Part shown: positions 59,948 to 64,000 of the stretch, one piece after another
Numbering within the stretch: the first letter of the stretch is position 1
Layout of the letters: each line of letters starts with the position of its first letter
Source: Bacillales bacterium UBA4278
Lineage (GTDB): Bacteria; Bacillota_I; Bacilli_A; RFN20; CAG-826
NCBI GenBank assembly: GCA_002395065.1
Contig: DGVS01000001.1
Coordinates: forward strand, 41,841 to 105,840
Length of the DNA: 64,000 nt
Reading direction: 5' to 3'
Notes under the pieces: model-generated
What the model saw: the letters and a program-made list of their open reading frames with translations, nothing else
What the model was told of the DNA's origin: nothing
Databases searched by the model: none
Translations under genes and position numbers: made by a program

Positions 59948-61612
59948 ATGGATACAACTCAAGGCCCAGTTTCTATTTATGCACTAGGTGGACTTTGTGA
60001 AGTTGGCAAAAATACTTATTGTATTGAGTCTGATGATTCGTTAATCATCATTGACGCCGGCGTCATGTTTCCAGATGAAAACCACCCAGGAGTTTCTTTT
60101 GTTATTCCTGATTACCAAAAAATTCGTTCCGCTCGTCAAAAATTAAAAGCACTAATCATTACTCATGGACACGAAGACCACATCGGAGCAATTCCATTCC
60201 TTGTTCAAAACGTTCATGTCCCTGTAATTTATGCTCCAAAACTTGCCGCGGCACTAATTAAACACAAACTACAAGACCACCGTATTCGCGAAGAAATCAA
60301 CATCGTAGAATACGATGAAAACACTGTTTTAAATATTGGAGATTTTAAAGTCTCCTTCTTCTACGTGACCCACTCCATTCCTGATGCCTATGGAGTTGTT
60401 GTTGATACTCCACATGGACGTATTGTTCATACTGGAGACTTTAAAATTGACCTCTCTCCAGTAGGTAAGCAATTTGAACTAGACAAATTAAGTCGCATTG
60501 GTTCGGAAGGAGTCGATCTTTTATTAAGTGACTCTACTAATGCCGAGATTGAAGGTTATACACCAAGTGAGTCGAATGTTTTACATTCCATTAATGAAAT
60601 TTTTAGAGTAGCAAATGGCCGAGTAATTGTCTCGACGTTCTCCTCGAATATTTCCCGTATTCAGCAAATTTGCCAAGTTGCTGTTGAACATGGTCGAAAG
60701 ATTTTAATTCTTGGACGTTCAATGGAGTTTGCTGTGCAAGTTGCACGTGACTATGGTTACATCAAAGTCAAAGATTCATCCTTTATTACTCCAGAACAAT
60801 TATCCGAACTAAAGAAGAGTGAAATTTGCATTCTTTGTACTGGTTCACAAGGTGAAGATATGGCAGCTTTGTCGAGAATTGCTAATGGAACCCACAAAGA
60901 TGTGAGTCTTTATCCAGGTGATACAGTCGTCTTCTCTTCAAGTGCCATTCCAGGTAATGGTGTCTTTATCGATTCGGTAGTCAATATGCTTGTTCGTAAA
61001 GGAGCCAACGTCCTTAAGAACTCTGTTCTTTACGCCGTCCACTCCTCAGGGCACCCATCCAAACAAGAATTACGTTTGATGCTTCGATTAACAAAACCAA
61101 AATACTTTATGCCAATCCATGGTGACTATCGTATGCTCAAGATTCACGCTAATCTTGCGACAACTGTTGGCGTTGCTAAAGAGAACACATTTGTCTTAGA
61201 AAATGGTGATTCCTTGCTCCTTTCCAAACATAAAATTACGAAAGGGCCACATTATCCAGCAGAACCGATTTATATTGATGGCCGAGATATTGGCGGACTT
61301 AATGAAGCAGTCATTAAAGATCGTGAAATCTTGCAAGAAGACGGACTTGTCGCTGTTATTGTTACGATTGATTCTGGTGCGTCTAAACTAGTTGGAACCC
61401 CAGAAGTTGTTACACGTGGATTTGTTTCTGGGACTCCAGAAATTGAGAAGAATATTGTTGAGATTGTTACATCAAGTCTTCAAAAGAAATTATCAGAAAA
61501 AGTGACCTTTGCAGATATTAAAAACGAAATTCGTCAAAGTGTTGCTAACTATGTTTACTTTAAAAGTGAAAGGAAGCCACTGGTTATTCCAGTAGTGATG
61601 GACATGAAATAA
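59948..61612 (+). CDS. rnj: ribonuclease J
   Basis: Metallo-beta-lactamase HGHEDHIG, beta-CASP and C-terminal domain, 554 aa, SD AAAGGAGG. Confidence 0.95.
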   Translation: MDTTQGPVSIYALGGLCEVGKNTYCIESDDSLIIIDAGVMFPDENHPGVSFVIPDYQKIRSARQKLKALIITHGHEDHIGAIPFLVQNVHVPVIYAPKLAAALIKHKLQDHRIREEINIVEYDENTVLNIGDFKVSFFYVTHSIPDAYGVVVDTPHGRIVHTGDFKIDLSPVGKQFELDKLSRIGSEGVDLLLSDSTNAEIEGYTPSESNVLHSINEIFRVANGRVIVSTFSSNISRIQQICQVAVEHGRKILILGRSMEFAVQVARDYGYIKVKDSSFITPEQLSELKKSEICILCTGSQGEDMAALSRIANGTHKDVSLYPGDTVVFSSSAIPGNGVFIDSVVNMLVRKGANVLKNSVLYAVHSSGHPSKQELRLMLRLTKPKYFMPIHGDYRMLKIHANLATTVGVAKENTFVLENGDSLLLSKHKITKGPHYPAEPIYIDGRDIGGLNEAVIKDREILQEDGLVAVIVTIDSGASKLVGTPEVVTRGFVSGTPEIEKNIVEIVTSSLQKKLSEKVTFADIKNEIRQSVANYVYFKSERKPLVIPVVMDMK

Positions 61613-62160
61613 TGCTTATTTTAGCTAGTGAATCTCCTCGTCGAAGAGAATTAATTAAAAAGATTATTAAGGAATTCACCGTAATTCCGGCAAATATTGA
61701 TGAAGGATCGCTTCATATTCCCGCACACGACCTTCCTGGAGAACTAAGTAAACTAAAAGCATATGATGTTTACTCTAAGTATCCAAACGATGAAGTTTTA
61801 GCCTGTGATACTGTTGTTATTCTTCATGGAGAACTGATGGGTAAACCAAAAAGCAAGGAAGATGCCAAACGAATGCTTCGTGAATTAAGCGGAGAAAAAC
61901 ATGTTGTTATTTCTGGCTACACCTATATCTCAAAAGAAAAAGAAGTGACGCGTACAGTGCGTACATACGTCTACTTCAATAAACTTAGTGATGAATTAAT
62001 TGATAAATATATCGCTAGCGGATCCCCGATGGATAAGGCTGGTGCCTATGGCATTCAAGACCAAGAATTTGATCTTGTCAGTCACATTGAAGGAAGTTTT
62101 GATAACGTGATTGGTCTTCCTGTTGAAGACATTAAAGCGCACGTCTTTAATAATAATTAG
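61612..62160 (+). CDS. maf: Maf-family nucleoside triphosphate pyrophosphatase
   Basis: LILASESPRRRELI and ..DKAGAYGIQ motifs. Confidence 0.9.
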   Translation: MLILASESPRRRELIKKIIKEFTVIPANIDEGSLHIPAHDLPGELSKLKAYDVYSKYPNDEVLACDTVVILHGELMGKPKSKEDAKRMLRELSGEKHVVISGYTYISKEKEVTRTVRTYVYFNKLSDELIDKYIASGSPMDKAGAYGIQDQEFDLVSHIEGSFDNVIGLPVEDIKAHVFNNN

Positions 62161-62564
62161 AATAAGCTTTTATAAAAGCTTGAAGCATCACCCTTTACAA
62201 CAAGGGTGATTTTATTTGTCATTTTAACAATGGAAGATACTCCCATTTCTTTTAAAGCTTTGTCATCAACAAGGTCATAATTGTTTAAAACAAGAATGAC
62301 TCTTGAACCATTCAAAGAATGGTCAAGAATATTTTCAGCTCCACCAAGAGCTTTTAAAGCTTCTTCGTTTTGGATAACTTTTCTTTCCGGAGCTTTAATG
62401 ATTGGTCCTTGTTTTTTACCTTTAAAATATGTGTATAAGAACAGGCCTAAGACAGTTAGAAAAACTACTCCAGCTAAACCAATGGCAATATAAAGTCCAT
62501 AGCTTCCAAGCCATTCATTAAATGAATTTTTTGATGCGTCACCGTAAATTATTAAGTTTTCCAT
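62157..62564 (-). CDS. membrane-anchored protein with a PTS EIIB(Glc)-like domain lacking the phospho-cysteine
   Basis: One TM helix, then ..LKALGGAENILDHSLNGSRVILVL..D..LKEMGVSSIV.. resembling LGG.eNI...hCaTRLR, with Ser at the Cys position. Confidence 0.55.
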   Translation of the reverse strand: MENLIIYGDASKNSFNEWLGSYGLYIAIGLAGVVFLTVLGLFLYTYFKGKKQGPIIKAPERKVIQNEEALKALGGAENILDHSLNGSRVILVLNNYDLVDDKALKEMGVSSIVKMTNKITLVVKGDASSFYKSLF

Positions 62565-62594
62565 GTGAATAATGTTATCATATTTAAGATAAAA
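62565..62594. promoter_or_regulatory. overlapping divergent extended -10 boxes in a 30-nt gap
   Basis: Minus strand: TGaTAACAT (62580..62572), then tattcac (7 nt), then ATG 62564. Plus strand: TGtTATCAT (62573-62581), then 13 nt, then ATG 62595. Confidence 0.45.
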
Positions 62595-63167
62595 ATGAGT
62601 AAGAACATTGAAATTGAAGCTAAAGGAAAATTAACAAAAGAAGAATACGAGAAAATCATCGCTTCTTTTTCTCATCCTCGTTTTCAATATCAAACAAATT
62701 TTTATATCGATTCTCCTTCATTCGAATTAAGTAAAGAATCTCTGGGATTACGCATAAGAAAAGAGAAGGATTTACTCGAGCTTACAATGAAGGTTCCAAG
62801 TGATGAAGGACGATTAGAAATTAACCAAAAACTAAGCCCAAAAGAATTCGAAAATTTCCTCTTCAATAACGAGTTTCCAAGTGGCGAAATAAATCGGTAT
62901 TTGCATATAAATTATCCAAAAATTGCTGGTGATTTTTCAATTTTTGGCACTCTCCATAACCAACGTTTAACACTTGAAATTGAAGATGGAGAAATCGCCA
63001 TTGATCACTTCACTTATTTTGATCAGGAAGAGTACGAAATTGAGTGTGAATCTTCCTCAATGAAAAATGCCGAAAAGTTGCTTAAAGAATATCTTGAAAA
63101 GTTCGGAATCAAATATCAAAAAAACACGTCCACTAAACTAGAACGTGTTATTAACTTGGTCAAATAA
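62595..63167 (+). CDS. CYTH-domain protein (triphosphate tunnel metalloenzyme family)
   Basis: N-terminal IEIEAK (ExExK) signature. Start MSKNIEIE at 62595. Confidence 0.75.
   Translation: MSKNIEIEAKGKLTKEEYEKIIASFSHPRFQYQTNFYIDSPSFELSKESLGLRIRKEKDLLELTMKVPSDEGRLEINQKLSPKEFENFLFNNEFPSGEINRYLHINYPKIAGDFSIFGTLHNQRLTLEIEDGEIAIDHFTYFDQEEYEIECESSSMKNAEKLLKEYLEKFGIKYQKNTSTKLERVINLVK
62912..62937 (+). repeat. copy 5 of the repeat (inside the CYTH gene, sense)
   Basis: ttatccaaaaattgctggt-gattttt, 18/19 to copy 4. Confidence 0.7.
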
Positions 63168-63581
63168 TTAATTTGACTTCTTTAAAGTTTCACAAACATC
63201 ATCGGAACAGTTGATTTCGATGAATTTTTTAGCTCGAGGAATAAATGTTGTCATTTCATCTGCATCATAACCAACTTGAATATGACGGTCATCGACAACA
63301 ATTGGTCGGCGTAAAACGGATGGGTTTTCTCTTACGAAAGCAATCATTTGGGAAATCGTCATGTTGTCTAAATCAACATTCTGTTCCTTCATGATTTTGC
63401 TCTTCTTCGCAATAATGTCTTCGGTTCCGTTTTCGCTCTTTTCTAGAATTTCTTTTAGATCAGCATCATTGATCTCCGACTTAAAAATGTTCTTTTCTTC
63501 AAAAGGAATGTGTTGTTCATTAAACCACTGCTTCACTTTTCGGCAAGAACTACAAGTTGGAGAAACATAGACCTTAATCAT
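63168..63581 (-). CDS. spx: Spx/ArsC-family redox-sensing regulator
   Basis: MIKVYVSPTCSSCRKVKQWF.. with CxxC at positions 10-13, 137 aa. Confidence 0.85.
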   Translation of the reverse strand: MIKVYVSPTCSSCRKVKQWFNEQHIPFEEKNIFKSEINDADLKEILEKSENGTEDIIAKKSKIMKEQNVDLDNMTISQMIAFVRENPSVLRRPIVVDDRHIQVGYDADEMTTFIPRAKKFIEINCSDDVCETLKKSN

Positions 63582-63655
63582 GCTATTTATTGTATATTTT
63601 AATGCTTAAAAGTCAATTATATAAAATTGACAATACACATTAGTGTTAGTATAAT
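63582..63655. promoter_or_regulatory. divergent spx (leaderless) and trpS promoters sharing a palindromic pair of -35 boxes
   Basis: Plus strand: TTGACA (63627-32), 17-nt spacer, TATAAT (63650-55). Minus strand: TTGACT (63616..63611), 16-nt spacer, TACAAT (63594..63589), then aaatagc (7 nt), then ATG 63581. Palindrome GTCAATT-N6-AATTGAC at 63612-63631. Confidence 0.65.
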
Positions 63656-63681
63656 CTACACATTATTTGGAGGAGAAAACT

Positions 63682-64000
63682 ATGGATCGTATTCTCAGTG
63701 GTATTAAACCAACCGGCCAATTAACATTAGGCAATTATATTGGCGCAATTAAGAATTTTGCAAAGGTTCAACAAGAAGGGGAAGCTTATCTCTTTATTGC
63801 TGACCTCCACGCTTTAACATTGCCAATTGATCCAGAGTTTTTAAGAAATAATTCTCGTGACTTAGCTGCATACTATTTAGCAGCTGGACTCGACCCAAAG
63901 AAAACAACCATCTTCCTCCAAAGTGACGTTCCAGCACATAGTGAATTAGCAATTATCCTTCAAAACTATCTCTACATGGGAGAGCTTTCCCGTATGACTC
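63682..64000 (+). CDS. trpS: tryptophanyl-tRNA synthetase, N-terminal part (3' end outside window)
   Basis: ..GIKPTGQLTLGNYIGA.. (HIGH-region equivalent), SD GGAGGAG. Confidence 0.9.
   Translation, partial: MDRILSGIKPTGQLTLGNYIGAIKNFAKVQQEGEAYLFIADLHALTLPIDPEFLRNNSRDLAAYYLAAGLDPKKTTIFLQSDVPAHSELAIILQNYLYMGELSRMT

Noticed and set aside
62164-62181. Perfect 18-nt palindrome AAGCTTTTATAAAAGCTT after the maf stop, considered as a maf terminator.
   Set aside because: No U-run follows on the + strand and the sequence is coding (..SSFYKSLF) on the minus strand. It is noted under the EIIB-like finding but not called a terminator.

Overview
This looks like a core-chromosome segment from a low-GC organism of the Firmicutes/Mollicutes type. 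It uses the standard genetic code: TGA acts as a stop, for example at the glgA/leuS ATGA overlap. I count about 70 protein genes and 4 tRNAs, with no rRNA.

The content is almost entirely housekeeping:
- thrS (3' part) and a surface 5'-nucleotidase lipoprotein.
- The infC-rpmI-rplT operon, which has an L20-type attenuator leader.
- ezrA-iscS-thiI, then rpsD with a long leader, then ccpA-like-tyrS.
- A contiguous 8-gene string, glgC-glgD-glgA-leuS-coaX-pepV-trmB-pncB.
- The conserved gmk...rlmN-prpC-prkC-rsgA-rpe cluster.
- A complete F1Fo ATP synthase operon and a phosphofructokinase with PPi-type signature residues.
- glpK, trxA, proS, the coaD/rsmD/ylbF cluster, def, rnj, maf, spx, and trpS (5' part).

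I found no mobile elements, CRISPR array, prophage or recognisable defence island, and no convincing novel multi-gene system.

The most interesting signals are at the nucleotide level:
1. At 9 or more operon-first genes a -10 box sits 6-7 nt upstream of the ATG with no Shine-Dalgarno sequence. This suggests leaderless mRNAs and corrects several over-extended ORF-track starts. Some of these promoters are nested inside terminator hairpins or packed back-to-back in 30-48 nt divergent gaps.
2. A 19-26 nt repeat, TTAWCCAAGAATTGCTGGT followed by a T-run, occurs five times, always on the + strand. Three copies lie inside coding regions, in different frames. It is related to two 30-nt identical inverted hairpin terminators.

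At the protein level there is a set of catalytically degenerate domains (RsmB-like, EAL-like, a membrane-anchored EIIB-like domain with Cys->Ser), a PASTA-less soluble PrkC, and two extracytoplasmic thioredoxin-like CDxC paralogues. Together with the PPi-type PFK these fit an Acholeplasma-like wall-less lineage, but that is inference only.
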